From: a gamma proteobacterium SCGC AAA168-P09
Lineage (GTDB): Bacteria > Pseudomonadota > Gammaproteobacteria > Magnimaribacterales > D2472
NCBI GenBank assembly: GCA_000385055.1
Contig: ARRL01000001.1
Coordinates: forward strand, 292,934-356,933
Length of the DNA: 64,000 nt
Direction: 5' to 3'
Both the position numbers and the translations under genes were made by a program. The first letter of the stretch is position 1. Each line of letters opens with the position of its first letter. Positions 50,471 through 60,685 of the stretch are shown piece after piece. The notes beneath the pieces are model-generated. The model saw only the letters and a list, made by a program, of their open reading frames with translations. It was not told the DNA's origin and did not search any database.

Positions 50471-51889
50471 ATGAAAGATAAATTACAGTTTTATATAAAC
50501 GGCACTTGGGTTGAGTCTAATTCAAGTGAAATGATTGAGGTTATAAATCCTGCAAATGAAGAAATAGTAGGTCATGTAACTGCTGGAACAAAAGTTGATA
50601 TTGATAAGGCAGTTCAGGCAGCAAACAAAGCCTTCAAGACATATCAATATACTTCAAAGGATGATCGCATTGAGATTTTAAATAATATTATTACAGAATA
50701 TGAAAATAGGTACGATGATTTTGTTCAAACTATTACAGAAGAAATGGGAGCTCCTATATGGCTTTCAGAAAAAGCTCAGGCATCTACAGGAATTAAAAAT
50801 TTACATGAAACCCTTGATGCATTAAAAGAATATCAATTTGAAAAAAAAGAAGGTGATTACACTCTCATAAGAGAGCCTATTGGTGTCATAGGAATGATTA
50901 CCCCTTGGAATTGGCCTATGAATCAAATAACTACCAAGGTCTCAGCAGCTCTAGCTGCTGGCTGTACCATGGTGCTGAAGCCTAGTGAAATTTCGCCATA
51001 TTGCGCAATGCTATTGGCCGAAGTTTTTGATAAAGCTGGAGTTCCAAATGGAGTTTTTAATCTTGTAAATGGATATGGACCCACAGTAGGTGCAGCTTTA
51101 TCTGATCACCCAAATGTGGCTATGATGTCATTTACAGGATCTACTAGAGCTGGAATAGCAGTTGCTCAAGCATCTGCAGTCTCAGTAAAAAGAGTTCATC
51201 AAGAACTTGGCGGCAAATCTTCAAATATCATCCTTGATGATGTTGCAGACTTAGAAAAATCTGTAAAAGGTGGTGCAGGGCACTGTTTTTTGAACTCAGG
51301 ACAATCATGTAATGCACCAACAAAAATGCTAGTTTCTGAAAAAAATTATGATAAAGCTGTTGAAATTGCAGCTCAAACTGCAAATAACACAACCGTAGGT
51401 GATCCTCATGGCGAGTTTAGAATTGGTCCTATAGCTAATAAAGCTCAGTATGAAAAGATTATAAAAATGATAGAAATTGGTATTGAAGAGGGCGCTACTT
51501 TAGTTGCAGGCGGCATAGAAAAGCCAGAAGGTTATGACAAAGGCTATTATATAAAACCTACTGTATTTGCAAACGTTACTAACGACATGACAATTGCAAA
51601 AGAAGAGATTTTTGGTCCTGTCCTATCAATTCTTAAGTACAGCTCTGAAGATGAGGCAATAGATATAGCAAATGACACTGAGTATGGTTTAGCAGGGTAT
51701 GTTCAAGGTGAACCAGCACACGCAAATGAAGTTGCAAGAAAGATTAGAGCAGGACAAGTTATTATAAATGGTGGAGCAAGAGGAACTGGGGCACCATTTG
51801 GTGGCTACAAATCATCAGGAAACGGAAGAGAGCATGGTATGCATGGATTAGAAGAGTGCCTAGAAACTAAAGCAGTTATAGCTCCTTAA
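50471..51889 (+). CDS. aldehyde dehydrogenase family protein
   Basis: ITPWNWP, LKPSE, SFTGST, QELGGKS, NSGQSC, EEIFGPV, PFGGYKSSGNGRE. Confidence 0.95.
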   Translation: MKDKLQFYINGTWVESNSSEMIEVINPANEEIVGHVTAGTKVDIDKAVQAANKAFKTYQYTSKDDRIEILNNIITEYENRYDDFVQTITEEMGAPIWLSEKAQASTGIKNLHETLDALKEYQFEKKEGDYTLIREPIGVIGMITPWNWPMNQITTKVSAALAAGCTMVLKPSEISPYCAMLLAEVFDKAGVPNGVFNLVNGYGPTVGAALSDHPNVAMMSFTGSTRAGIAVAQASAVSVKRVHQELGGKSSNIILDDVADLEKSVKGGAGHCFLNSGQSCNAPTKMLVSEKNYDKAVEIAAQTANNTTVGDPHGEFRIGPIANKAQYEKIIKMIEIGIEEGATLVAGGIEKPEGYDKGYYIKPTVFANVTNDMTIAKEEIFGPVLSILKYSSEDEAIDIANDTEYGLAGYVQGEPAHANEVARKIRAGQVIINGGARGTGAPFGGYKSSGNGREHGMHGLEECLETKAVIAP

Positions 51890-51890
51890 T

Positions 51891-52700
51891 TTAATCTAAT
51901 AAATCCGGTTCTCTTTTAAGAATCATGTCATATGCAGGCTGATAGCTTGCCCATGCTGCGATATCATTTGCTATAAAATCTCTAGTCTTTATAGCAGTTT
52001 CATGAGGAATAACTACAGGTGTACCCGCTGCTTCGGCCATTAGTTGAGCCTGGCAACATCTTTCCATTGACATATAAAACCATAGAGCAATATCCACAGA
52101 CGGGCCTGTAGTTAGAATTCCGTGATTTTGAAGAATAATAACTTTTTTATCACCCAAAGCTTTTGCAATCTCATCACCCTCATCAATCTCCTCTACAACT
52201 CCTGAAAAATCCTTATACATTGCCTGTGTTTCATAAAAAGCACATGCATCTTGTGAAATAGGATCGAGAGGTTTACCAAGAGTAGAAAAAGTTCTTCCGT
52301 AAATAGAATGAGAGTGAGCAGCAGCATTTACATCTGGTCTTGCTGCATGAAGCCTAGAGTGGATTGCAAAGGCAGCAACATTAACATCTTTATCTCCTTG
52401 GACAACCTTTCCCTCATGATTGACTAAAATTAAATCTGAAACAGAAATTTGTGAAAAATGGACTCCAAGAGGATTTACCCAAAAATGATCAGGAAATTCT
52501 GGATCTCTTAGAGTTATATGTCCAGCAACACCTTCATTAAAGCCAAAGTAGGCAAACATTCTAAAACCCGCAGCAAGTTTTTCGAGCTGGTTTCTTCTTA
52601 GTTCTGCTGTATTGGCAAACTCAGTCATTTCAAGACCTTTTCCCTTCATAGGAAGTCTTCCGTCAGTAGTATCTATCTTTATTGGTGAAACATTTGTCAT
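51891..52700 (-). CDS. class II aldolase/adducin family protein
   Basis: GHIT.RDP, FW.NP.G, AAF.IHS..H.ARPD...A.H.H, L.NHG. Confidence 0.92.
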   Translation of the reverse strand: MTNVSPIKIDTTDGRLPMKGKGLEMTEFANTAELRRNQLEKLAAGFRMFAYFGFNEGVAGHITLRDPEFPDHFWVNPLGVHFSQISVSDLILVNHEGKVVQGDKDVNVAAFAIHSRLHAARPDVNAAAHSHSIYGRTFSTLGKPLDPISQDACAFYETQAMYKDFSGVVEEIDEGDEIAKALGDKKVIILQNHGILTTGPSVDIALWFYMSMERCCQAQLMAEAAGTPVVIPHETAIKTRDFIANDIAAWASYQPAYDMILKREPDLLD

Positions 52701-52758
52701 TCTATATCCCTCTATTCCTTATTGAATGTTAAAATAGCTTACCAAAAAAAGAGATATT

Positions 52759-54150
52759 ATGAAATTTAGAATTGAAAAAGATAGTCTTGGAGAAGTTAAG
52801 GTTCCTCAAAAGGCTTTGTGGGGAGCTCAAACTCAAAGAGCTCTAGATAACTTTACTATAAGCGGCATTAAATTTGCCTTCCCTTTTGGAAGATCTTTTA
52901 TTGAAGCTTTGGGCATAATCAAGTATTCAGCAGCAGCAGCTAATAATAATTTAAAGTTATTACCTTCAAATAAGGCTAAAGCTATTAAATCAGCTGCAAA
53001 AGATGTATTAAATGGTTTACATGACGACTCATTCCCTCTTGATGTTTTTCAAACAGGATCTGGAACAAGCACCAATATGAATGCTAATGAAGTCATTGCT
53101 AATTTAGCTTCAAAAAGATCAAAACTAAAAATTGATGCTAATGATGATGTTAATATGAGCCAAAGCTCAAATGATGTCATTCCAACAGCAATTTGCGTAA
53201 GTGCTCTAATAGATATGCATAGATTGCTTCTCCCAAATCTTGATCATTTAATTAAAGCAATTGATACAAAAATGAAGCAAGTAAAAGGCAACGTAAAAAC
53301 AGGCAGGACACATTTAATGGATGCCATGCCAATTGATTTTTCACAAGAGTTATCTGGATGGAAAGCTCAGCTAGAAGCGAATAAGAAAATTATAGTATTA
53401 GCTACAAACAGAATGAATGAACTTCCTCAGGGCGGAACAGCTATTGGGACCGGCATAAATACTCATAAAGATTTTTCAAAAAACTTCTGTTATGAATTAA
53501 ACAAACTCTCTAAGTTTAAAACCAAACCTTCTAAGAATTTTTATCAAGGTTTAAGTTCCGTTGATAATGCAGTAGAGCTTTCTTCAGCTATTAAAAATTT
53601 AAGTATTATTTTGATGAAAATTTCTAATGATCTTAGATGGATGAATAGTGGACCATTAACAGGTTTGGCAGAAATAGAGCTTGAAGCGCTTCAACCTGGA
53701 AGCAGCATAATGCCTGGCAAGGTAAATCCGGTAATACCAGAGGCCGTGGCAATGGCTTGTGCTGATGTGATTGGAAATGATGTTACTGTAACTCTTGCAG
53801 GTCAAAGCGGTAATTTTCAATTAAATGTGATGTTGCCTGTTGTAGCTTATAACCTTTTAAAAAGTATTAATCTTTTAGGTAATGCAATGCCGCTTCTTGC
53901 AAACAAGGCTATAAAAACATTTAAAGTAAATTCAAAAAATATAAATGAATCTTTATCAAAAAATCCCATTCTTGTAACGGCACTCAATAGAATAATTGGT
54001 TATAGCAAGGCAGCAGCTATTGCTAAAAAAGCTTATAAAGAAAGTAAATCGATAATTGACGTAGCATATGAAGAAACTGGTATGAGCAAAGCTGAGTTAA
54101 AAAAATTATTAGATCCGGTAAAATTAACCAAAGGTGGCATTAGTGAATGA
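52759..54150 (+). CDS. fumC: class II fumarate hydratase
   Basis: RIEKDSLG, WGAQTQR, QTGSGTS.NMN.NEV, KTGRTHLMDA, GSSIMPGKVNP. Confidence 0.92.
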   Translation: MKFRIEKDSLGEVKVPQKALWGAQTQRALDNFTISGIKFAFPFGRSFIEALGIIKYSAAAANNNLKLLPSNKAKAIKSAAKDVLNGLHDDSFPLDVFQTGSGTSTNMNANEVIANLASKRSKLKIDANDDVNMSQSSNDVIPTAICVSALIDMHRLLLPNLDHLIKAIDTKMKQVKGNVKTGRTHLMDAMPIDFSQELSGWKAQLEANKKIIVLATNRMNELPQGGTAIGTGINTHKDFSKNFCYELNKLSKFKTKPSKNFYQGLSSVDNAVELSSAIKNLSIILMKISNDLRWMNSGPLTGLAEIELEALQPGSSIMPGKVNPVIPEAVAMACADVIGNDVTVTLAGQSGNFQLNVMLPVVAYNLLKSINLLGNAMPLLANKAIKTFKVNSKNINESLSKNPILVTALNRIIGYSKAAAIAKKAYKESKSIIDVAYEETGMSKAELKKLLDPVKLTKGGISE

Positions 54151-54481
54151 TTTAGCTTCAAATGCTTGTGAGGCATGCAGAATTGACGCCCCCAAAGTTT
54201 CAGATGATGAAGTAAATATATTGCTAAAAGAAATTGATAATTGGGATTTAATGAACGAAGGTATTAAAAAGTTAAAAAAAACTTTTAGCTTTTCAAGCTA
54301 TAAAGATTCCTTAGATTTTACTAATAAAGTCGGTGATATGGCTGATAAAGAAGATCATCACCCAGAAATTACTCTCGAATGGGGTAAAGTGACTGTTGTT
54401 TGGTGGTCTCATAAAATTGAAGGCCTCCACAAAAATGACTTTATATGTGCGGCAAAAACAGACCAATTAAATAATTACTAA
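54134..54481 (+). CDS. phhB: pterin-4-alpha-carbinolamine dehydratase
   Basis: CEACRIDAP, A..EDHHPEI..EWGKV.V.WW.H.I.GLH.NDFI.AAKTD. Confidence 0.9.
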   Translation: MALVNDLASNACEACRIDAPKVSDDEVNILLKEIDNWDLMNEGIKKLKKTFSFSSYKDSLDFTNKVGDMADKEDHHPEITLEWGKVTVVWWSHKIEGLHKNDFICAAKTDQLNNY

Positions 54482-54486
54482 CTAAT

Positions 54487-54714
54487 ATGGAACAAAACGA
54501 AAAACCTTATCAATCATTAGCATGGCTTGCCACTGGCATTCTTATTATTGCAGCTGCATTGGCCAGCTTTGTACCAGAGCTAGAATATCATCACTGGGCT
54601 TTTATATCCGCTAATACATTGTGGGTATATGTTGGGTGGTTGTGGAAAGAGCAATCATTGATAGTCCTTAATGCTGGATTAACATTGATTTATATTTTAG
54701 GACTAATATTCTAA
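54487..54714 (+). CDS. small membrane protein (DUF6552-like hypothetical)
   Basis: 75 aa, three hydrophobic segments, W..VG.LWKE.SL..LN. Confidence 0.65.
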   Translation: MEQNEKPYQSLAWLATGILIIAAALASFVPELEYHHWAFISANTLWVYVGWLWKEQSLIVLNAGLTLIYILGLIF

Positions 54715-54740
54715 GAATTATTTTTTTTTAAATTTAGTCT

Positions 54741-54749
54741 TGCTATAAT
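54741..54749 (+). promoter_or_regulatory. extended -10 promoter TGcTATAAT directly upstream of guaB
   Basis: Perfect extended -10 ending 5 nt before ATG 54755. Confidence 0.55.
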
Positions 54750-54754
54750 CCGAC

Positions 54755-56218
54755 ATGGAAAAAGTAAAACAAAAAGCACTAACATTCGATGATGTCCTGC
54801 TTTTGCCAAGGTACAGTGACTTTATACCTAGCGAAGCATCAACTCAAACAAAACTCACAAAAAATATAACTATCAAGGTACCCTTGGTATCTGCTGCTAT
54901 GGATACCGTCACTGAATCAAGCATGGCAATAGCTCTAGCTGAAGTAGGTGGGATTGGTATTATTCATAAGAATAACTCTATTGAAGAACAAGTATCTCAA
55001 ATAAAAACTGTCAAAAAATATGAAAGTGGTGTTGTTAGAAACCCTATTACAATTGAATCAGACAAATCAATAGGCGAATTAATTCAACTAACTACCGAAC
55101 TAAATATCTCTGGGATGCCTGTTGTTGATGATAATAAATTAAAAGGAATAGTAACAAGTAGAGATTTTAGATATGCAGATAATTTGGGTGCTTTAGTCTC
55201 TTCAATCATGACCCCATTTGACGAGCTAATTACAGTAGTAGAGGGAACCTCACAAGACTCAGTAAAAAAATTAATGCATGAAAATCGAATCGAAAAAGTG
55301 TTAGTGATAGATAAATCAGGAATGCTTAGCGGACTAGTTACTATGAAAGATATTGAAAAGTCAGCAGAGCACCCAGATGCAACTAAAGATGATTCAGGTA
55401 GCTTAATGGTTGGTGCTGCACTTGGAACTGGATCGGATACTCTAGAACGAGCAATAGCATTAAGTGAGGCTGGAGTGGATGTATTTGTTATTGATAGCGC
55501 ACACGGTCATTCAAAAAACGTTGTTGATACAATTAAAATGATTAAAAAAGAGCTACCAGGCATCGATATAATTGGTGGTAATGTAGCAACACCTGAAGGA
55601 GCATTAGATTTAGTAAAGGCTGGGGTTGATGGGGTGAAGGTGGGAATGGGACCTGGTTCTATTTGTACAACACGTATTATTGCTGGGATTGGTGTACCAC
55701 AAATAACCGCAATACTTGATATTAAAGATGCTATCAAAAAACATGATGTGGGTATTATTGCTGATGGTGGAATAAGATTTTCAGGTGACATTGCAAAAGC
55801 TATAGCAGCAGGTGCTGACTCGGTCATGCTTGGAGGTTTATTTGCTGGAACAGAAGAAGCGCCAGGCAAAGTTGAACTATTTCAAGGAAGAAGTTTTAAA
55901 ACATATCGAGGTATGGGCTCGATTGGTGCCATGACCGAAAGACATGATGCAAATAGATACATGCAAGAAGATTTAGATTCTGAAAAATTAGTACCTGAGG
56001 GTATTGAAGGAAGAGTTCCCTATAAAGGCCTTGTAGCTAATGTAATAAATCAGTTAGTTGGTGGATTAAGGCAGTCGATGGGCTACATTGGTTGTAAAAC
56101 CATTAAAGCAGTTCATGAAGATAGTGAGTTTGTTGAAATTACAAACGCAGGTATGACCGAAAGCCATGTTCATGATGTCATGATTACAAAGGAAGCACCT
56201 AACTACCAAAGAAGTTAA
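54755..56218 (+). CDS. guaB: IMP dehydrogenase
   Basis: [20 protein letters not shown] pair, [28 protein letters not shown]. Confidence 0.98.
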   Translation: MEKVKQKALTFDDVLLLPRYSDFIPSEASTQTKLTKNITIKVPLVSAAMDTVTESSMAIALAEVGGIGIIHKNNSIEEQVSQIKTVKKYESGVVRNPITIESDKSIGELIQLTTELNISGMPVVDDNKLKGIVTSRDFRYADNLGALVSSIMTPFDELITVVEGTSQDSVKKLMHENRIEKVLVIDKSGMLSGLVTMKDIEKSAEHPDATKDDSGSLMVGAALGTGSDTLERAIALSEAGVDVFVIDSAHGHSKNVVDTIKMIKKELPGIDIIGGNVATPEGALDLVKAGVDGVKVGMGPGSICTTRIIAGIGVPQITAILDIKDAIKKHDVGIIADGGIRFSGDIAKAIAAGADSVMLGGLFAGTEEAPGKVELFQGRSFKTYRGMGSIGAMTERHDANRYMQEDLDSEKLVPEGIEGRVPYKGLVANVINQLVGGLRQSMGYIGCKTIKAVHEDSEFVEITNAGMTESHVHDVMITKEAPNYQRS

Positions 56219-56227
56219 TCATTAAAT

Positions 56228-57796
56228 ATGGCTGCCAATTTATCAACCACATCTAAACAGATAGATACCATTCTAGTTCTAGATTTTGGATCTCAATATA
56301 CACAGTTAATTGCAAGAAGGATAAGAGAGAGTAACGTCTACTCAGAAATACTGCCTTGGGATATTAATGAAGAAAAAATCAAATCAATTAACCCTAAAGG
56401 TATTATTTTGTCTGGAGGTCCAGACTCAGTTACGAATAGCTATACACCACGAGTTCCCCAAGTAATTTTTGATTTAAATATTCCCATTTTAGGTATTTGT
56501 TATGGAATGCAAACACTTGCAGAACAACTTGGAGGACAAGTTATTTCATCTGAGCAAAAGGAATTTGGATATTCAGAACTTAACATTACTGCAGATTGCA
56601 TATTATTTTCTGAATTGGGTAAAACGTTAAATGTATGGATGAGCCATGGAGATCAGGTGCAAGATCTGCCAGATAATTTTGATTTAGTAGCAGCAACATC
56701 TACCGCTCCAATTGCTGCAATGCAGCATACAAGCAAGCCTATCTATGCCTTGCAATTTCACCCTGAGGTAACTCATACAGAAGATGGTAAAACAGTCTTA
56801 GATAATTTTATTTTTAAAGTATGTGATGCAAAGACAGACTGGAAAATGGACGATTTAATAGGACAAAGAATTCAAGAAATTAAAAATCAAGTTCAAGATA
56901 ATAAAGTCCTGCTTGGTCTCTCGGGCGGAGTTGATTCTTCAGTCACTGCTGCACTTTTGCATCAAGCTATAGGCAAAAAGCTTGTATGCGTCTTTGTAGA
57001 TAATGGCTTATTAAGAAAAGGCGAAGCTGAAGAAGTTATGAATACTTTTAAAGAGAATATGAATTTAAATGTTATAAAGTCAGACAGTGAAGAGGTATTC
57101 TTAAGACATTTAAAAGATGTAAAAGATCCTGAACAAAAAAGAAAAATTATTGGGAGAACTTTTATTGATGTTTTTGATGCTGAGGCAACAAAATTAAAAG
57201 ACGTTAATTTTTTAGCACAAGGAACTATTTACCCTGACGTAATTGAATCTTCCGGTTCAGAATCTAAAGAAGCAAGGGTTATAAAATCTCATCATAATGT
57301 TGGCGGATTACCAGAAGAAATGAAGATGGAATTAGTTGAACCATTAAGAGACTTATTTAAAGATGAAGTCAGAAGAATGGGTGTTGAACTTGGCTTGTCA
57401 TCAGAAATGTTAAACAGGCATCCGTTTCCAGGTCCAGGTCTTGGAGTTAGAATTTTAGGAGATATTACCAAAGAGAAAACAAGAATTTTAAAAGAGGCTG
57501 ATCATATTTTCATAGAAGAGCTCTTAAAAGCAGATCTATATAAAACAGTTAGCCAGGCTTTCGCAGTTTATTTACCAATAAAATCAGTTGGTGTTGTTGG
57601 TGACGAGAGGAGATATGCTGAAGTTATAGCTCTAAGAGCAGTAGAGACAGTAGATTTTATGACTGCAAGATGGGCGCATCTTCCTTATGAGTTTTTAGAG
57701 CATGTATCTAATAGAATAGTAAATGAGATAGAAGAAGTTAGCAGGGTGGTCTATGACATCTCAAGTAAACCTCCAGCTACAATTGAGTGGGAATAA
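56228..57796 (+). CDS. guaA: GMP synthase (glutamine-hydrolysing)
   Basis: [58 protein letters not shown]. Confidence 0.98.
   Translation: MAANLSTTSKQIDTILVLDFGSQYTQLIARRIRESNVYSEILPWDINEEKIKSINPKGIILSGGPDSVTNSYTPRVPQVIFDLNIPILGICYGMQTLAEQLGGQVISSEQKEFGYSELNITADCILFSELGKTLNVWMSHGDQVQDLPDNFDLVAATSTAPIAAMQHTSKPIYALQFHPEVTHTEDGKTVLDNFIFKVCDAKTDWKMDDLIGQRIQEIKNQVQDNKVLLGLSGGVDSSVTAALLHQAIGKKLVCVFVDNGLLRKGEAEEVMNTFKENMNLNVIKSDSEEVFLRHLKDVKDPEQKRKIIGRTFIDVFDAEATKLKDVNFLAQGTIYPDVIESSGSESKEARVIKSHHNVGGLPEEMKMELVEPLRDLFKDEVRRMGVELGLSSEMLNRHPFPGPGLGVRILGDITKEKTRILKEADHIFIEELLKADLYKTVSQAFAVYLPIKSVGVVGDERRYAEVIALRAVETVDFMTARWAHLPYEFLEHVSNRIVNEIEEVSRVVYDISSKPPATIEWE
57779..57796 (+). repeat. att core copy 1 (natural guaA 3' end, ACAATTGAGTGGGAATAA)
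   Basis: Last codons T-I-E-W-E-stop of guaA. Confidence 0.95.
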
Positions 57797-57857
57797 TGAG
57801 AAATTTTTAAAAAAAATATAAAATGTTTTTTTATTCAAATTTAAAGGAGGTAGAGAG

Positions 57858-58139
57858 ATGGAATTGAAACTAATATTTATGCTATCGAGTGATGTGGAAG
57901 TATCAGATACTGCATACGGACTAAACTTCAGAAAAGAAATCGAAGAGGTTTATGTTGGTGATACTTGGCAAGAGTGCTGCGATGAAGCATCTGATTATTG
58001 GGATTACGATACAACTATGTTTCCAACAGACGAAAATGGAGACATTGGAGATACTAGAAAAGACCTAATAAAAGTCCGTAAAAAAGTAGACTCAAATTGG
58101 GAAGAATACAGCGAAGAAGAAGAAGAAAAAAATTATTGA
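57858..58139 (+). CDS. hypothetical acidic protein, cassette 1 cargo
   Basis: 93-aa ORF with strong SD AAGGAGGT (57844-57851) 6 nt before ATG. Confidence 0.75.
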   Translation: MELKLIFMLSSDVEVSDTAYGLNFRKEIEEVYVGDTWQECCDEASDYWDYDTTMFPTDENGDIGDTRKDLIKVRKKVDSNWEEYSEEEEEKNY

Positions 58140-58272
58140 TTACTTCGACGAACTGTATGAAAAAAAAATGATGGCTGGTTAAATTGCAGTTTTGAAAAAG
58201 ACTTGTAAACTACTTGTAAACTCGATTTTGCCCCTCGTAAACCCTTGCTACATAAGGCTTTGTAAAAGGGTA

Positions 58273-58290
58273 ACTATTGAGTGGGAATAG
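58273..58290 (+). repeat. att core copy 2 (ACTATTGAGTGGGAATAG)
   Basis: 16/18 identical to the guaA 3' end; still reads TIEWE*. Confidence 0.95.
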
Positions 58291-58509
58291 TCGTTTTCCT
58301 CGCAAACCCCCATTCTTAAAGGGTTTAGCATTCTAAAAACAGTTACAAACTTGTTACAAACTCCTCTGTAGACTCCATTCCTTCGTAGCAGTTACAAACT
58401 TACTCGACTATTGCGATTCATTAAATGTTTTTAAGTATTACGTTTATTTATGTTGAACAAAAATACAAATTATAATAAGTTATATAATTAGATCCAATTC
58501 AAAAAACTT

Positions 58510-58998
58510 ATGAAAAAACTACTTCAAAAAACACAACTCACAATTCTATTATTTACAACTATTTTTTTTAGTACAAGTATATATTCTGAAGGTTGGTTGG
58601 ATAGTGATGGAAATTACCTTTCAATCATTAGAGCAAAAGAAGGTAACCGATTTGATGCTCAAGCATGGGCTCAGGTTAATCAGAGTATGAATTGTGAATT
58701 AAATGTCTTTCTTAACATGGATTCATTTAGCAATACTCTCCCAGCCATTATAGCAACAGTCAATGATGTTAGGGTTAGTTTTACATTATTTCTGAAGAGT
58801 GGAAATACAGCAGTTTATCAAGCGACATCTATTAAAGGCAGAAAATATTTCAAAGATCAGTTTTTTAAAAGCACCGCAGTAAACATAAAATTTTCCAATG
58901 GTGGTTTTGAAAGAGATAATTTAGTTTCAACGAAATATTTCACAGAAGCCTCAAATCATTTTGTTGAAGAATGCAGGAAAAAGGGCGAGATTCTATAA
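58510..58998 (+). CDS. hypothetical exported protein, cassette 2 cargo
   Basis: 162-aa ORF with N-terminal signal-peptide-like segment. Confidence 0.75.
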   Translation: MKKLLQKTQLTILLFTTIFFSTSIYSEGWLDSDGNYLSIIRAKEGNRFDAQAWAQVNQSMNCELNVFLNMDSFSNTLPAIIATVNDVRVSFTLFLKSGNTAVYQATSIKGRKYFKDQFFKSTAVNIKFSNGGFERDNLVSTKYFTEASNHFVEECRKKGEIL

Positions 58999-59256
58999 AT
59001 ATGCAAATATCAGTATTAAATATGCAATGTAGCTAATCGTGTAACTGACCTATTAATCTTTGCATACAACCCTTAGTAAATTTATAGTCCTCCTTAAGGT
59101 TACAATGTTTGTAACTCGGCATCTGCTAAAGTGTTGATATTACAAGGGTTTTGAGAGGTTATGACAGTAAGAAAAATAGGCAAGAGTTACAAAGTAGTTA
59201 CAAACTACAGAATGCCCCTTGTAAACCATTGTTCTTACAAGGTTTTTTATAACACT

Positions 59257-59274
59257 ACTGTTGAGTGGGAATAG
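59257..59274 (+). repeat. att core copy 3 (ACTGTTGAGTGGGAATAG)
   Basis: Reads TVEWE*; one change versus copy 2. Confidence 0.93.
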
Positions 59275-59696
59275 TTGTAAATAGCACGAAACCCTGTTCT
59301 ATAGGGGTTTAAAGCAATATAAAGTGTGACAAACTCTGTCATGGCAAAGAAAGAATGCGGGTTTCAGGGTACTAAAATCAAACATACGGCAAACTCTTGC
59401 TGCTATTGAAAGTCATAAGTTCATGACGTAATAATTAAACGAGATGATTAAAAATGAAAATTACTGCCAACAGAGAGGAATATTTTCTAAAGTGGATGCA
59501 GTGAGGACGGGATTAAATAATGTAATCAAAGACTACGAATTAACTACACTCGGAACGCAATAAAACAGTATTCGTGTTGGGAGAGGTGTTAGTCCTAATC
59601 ACCTTTTCAGTTGGGAGTAAAATTCAAGAACTCTTATATTTCAAAAATTCTTTAATTTATTATAGACTTGAGGTCTATTAATTAAAAAATGATGAC

Positions 59697-60302
59697 TTGA
59701 ATATGAATAAAATTTACATCTTCTTTGGATTGATTCTTCTTGCCTCTTGTGCCCCCCTCAATGAAGTCCCCTCTAGAAACCTCGTTGAAAGAAATGGAAT
59801 CAAATACGAAATTAACTCCCAAACACCTTTTACTGGTATTTCTGTTAGTTCATGGAACAATGGTCAATTAGGAAAAAAACAAACCTACAAAGACGGAAAA
59901 CTAGACGGACTTTCTGAGAGGTACCTCGAAAACGGTCAATTGTTTTGGAAAACAACCTACAAAAACGGAAAACAAGACGGACTTTTTGTGGAGTATTATA
60001 TGAACGGTCAATTAGCATCTAAAAATATCTTCAAAGAAGGAAAAGTAGACAAATTTTGGGAGGATTATTGGATAAATGGTCAATTAGAATCTAGAACAAC
60101 CTACAAAGACGGAAAAGAAGACGGACCTTTTGAGACCTACTACGAGAACGGTCAATTGAAATCTAAAGGAAACTACAAAGACGGAAAACAAGACGGACTT
60201 GTGGAGAGATACGACGAGAACGGTCAATTGAAATCTAAAGGAAACTACAAAGACGGAAAACAAGACGGACTTGTGGAGAGATACGACGAGAACGGTCTTT
60301 AG
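59697..60302 (+). CDS. MORN-variant repeat lipoprotein (YwqK-antitoxin-like family), cassette 3 cargo; likely ATG 59703
   Basis: Lipobox LASC; repeated ENGQL..K.TYKDGK.DG..E.Y units. Confidence 0.82.
   Translation: MNMNKIYIFFGLILLASCAPLNEVPSRNLVERNGIKYEINSQTPFTGISVSSWNNGQLGKKQTYKDGKLDGLSERYLENGQLFWKTTYKNGKQDGLFVEYYMNGQLASKNIFKEGKVDKFWEDYWINGQLESRTTYKDGKEDGPFETYYENGQLKSKGNYKDGKQDGLVERYDENGQLKSKGNYKDGKQDGLVERYDENGL
60142..60297 (+). repeat. exact 72-bp tandem repeat (about 2.2 copies) in the MORN-repeat gene
   Basis: ACGAGAACGGTC starts at 60142, 60214 and 60286 with identical intervening sequence. Confidence 0.95.
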
Positions 60303-60667
60303 AATTCTTCTAGAAACGGTTGATACGCAGATATGTCTTTCTGCGAGAAATAATTAGTCATCCCCTTGTTGAAGAGGAGGTGTGTTCATCAAATTAAACT
60401 TGTATGAACACTTTTATTCAATTTGTAAGTATTGTATTTAATGGGGTTCTAGAGACTCTATATTTGATATTTTATAGGGGCATTGATGAAGACAATTTTT
60501 CTATTATTGAGTATGAATAAGGTGGTTTTATAGAGACTATCTTTGTCACAAAATAGGTTAAAATGAGGAAGATGATAGTAAAAACACAAAACAGTCATGA
60601 CAAACTTATGACAAACTATTTTTTTCATCTCTGTATCCCTTTTTTTATAAGGGTTTAAAATATTGCA

Positions 60668-60685
60668 ACTATTGAGTGGGAATAG
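60668..60685 (+). repeat. att core copy 4 (ACTATTGAGTGGGAATAG)
   Basis: Identical to copy 2. Confidence 0.95.

Larger units (their letters stand above)
57779..58290. mobile_element. guaA-array cassette 1 (494 bp core to core; only the right end has arm motifs)
   Basis: Bounded by core copies 1 and 2; ACTTGTAAAC x2 at 58201/58212; palindrome near 58238-58261. Confidence 0.6.
58273..59274. mobile_element. guaA-array cassette 2 (984 bp), GTTACAAA-type ends
   Basis: Cores 2 and 3; arm repeats 58341/58352/58390 and 59185/59196; IHF consensus match 59127-59139. Confidence 0.75.
59257..60685. mobile_element. guaA-array cassette 3 (1411 bp), TGACAAAC-type ends
   Basis: Cores 3 and 4; TGTGACAAAC 59325, ATGACAAACT x2 at 60597/60608. 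Confidence 0.75.

Noticed and set aside
59094-59116. Xer/dif site
   Set aside because: Inverted arms are separated by 3 bp rather than 6 and there is no XerD-like TTATGTTAAAT half-site.
59579-59621. Hairpin GGGAGAGGTG...CACCTTTTC and a 10-bp match (TGGGAGTAAA) to core 5
   Set aside because: Single occurrence, short match and no arm geometry; cannot distinguish an sRNA or terminator from chance.
59697-60302. Diversity-generating retroelement (AAC/TAC-rich repeats)
   Set aside because: The repeats are exact tandem copies without adenine-specific mismatches, and no reverse transcriptase is in the window.
60404-60520. Possible sixth core (ATTATTGAGTATGAATAA, 14/18) ending a 38-aa ORF
   Set aside because: It lacks the invariant TGGGA and has no arm pair 61 bp upstream. 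The ORF has no properly spaced SD. Probably chance in AT-rich DNA, though an old decayed site is not excluded.
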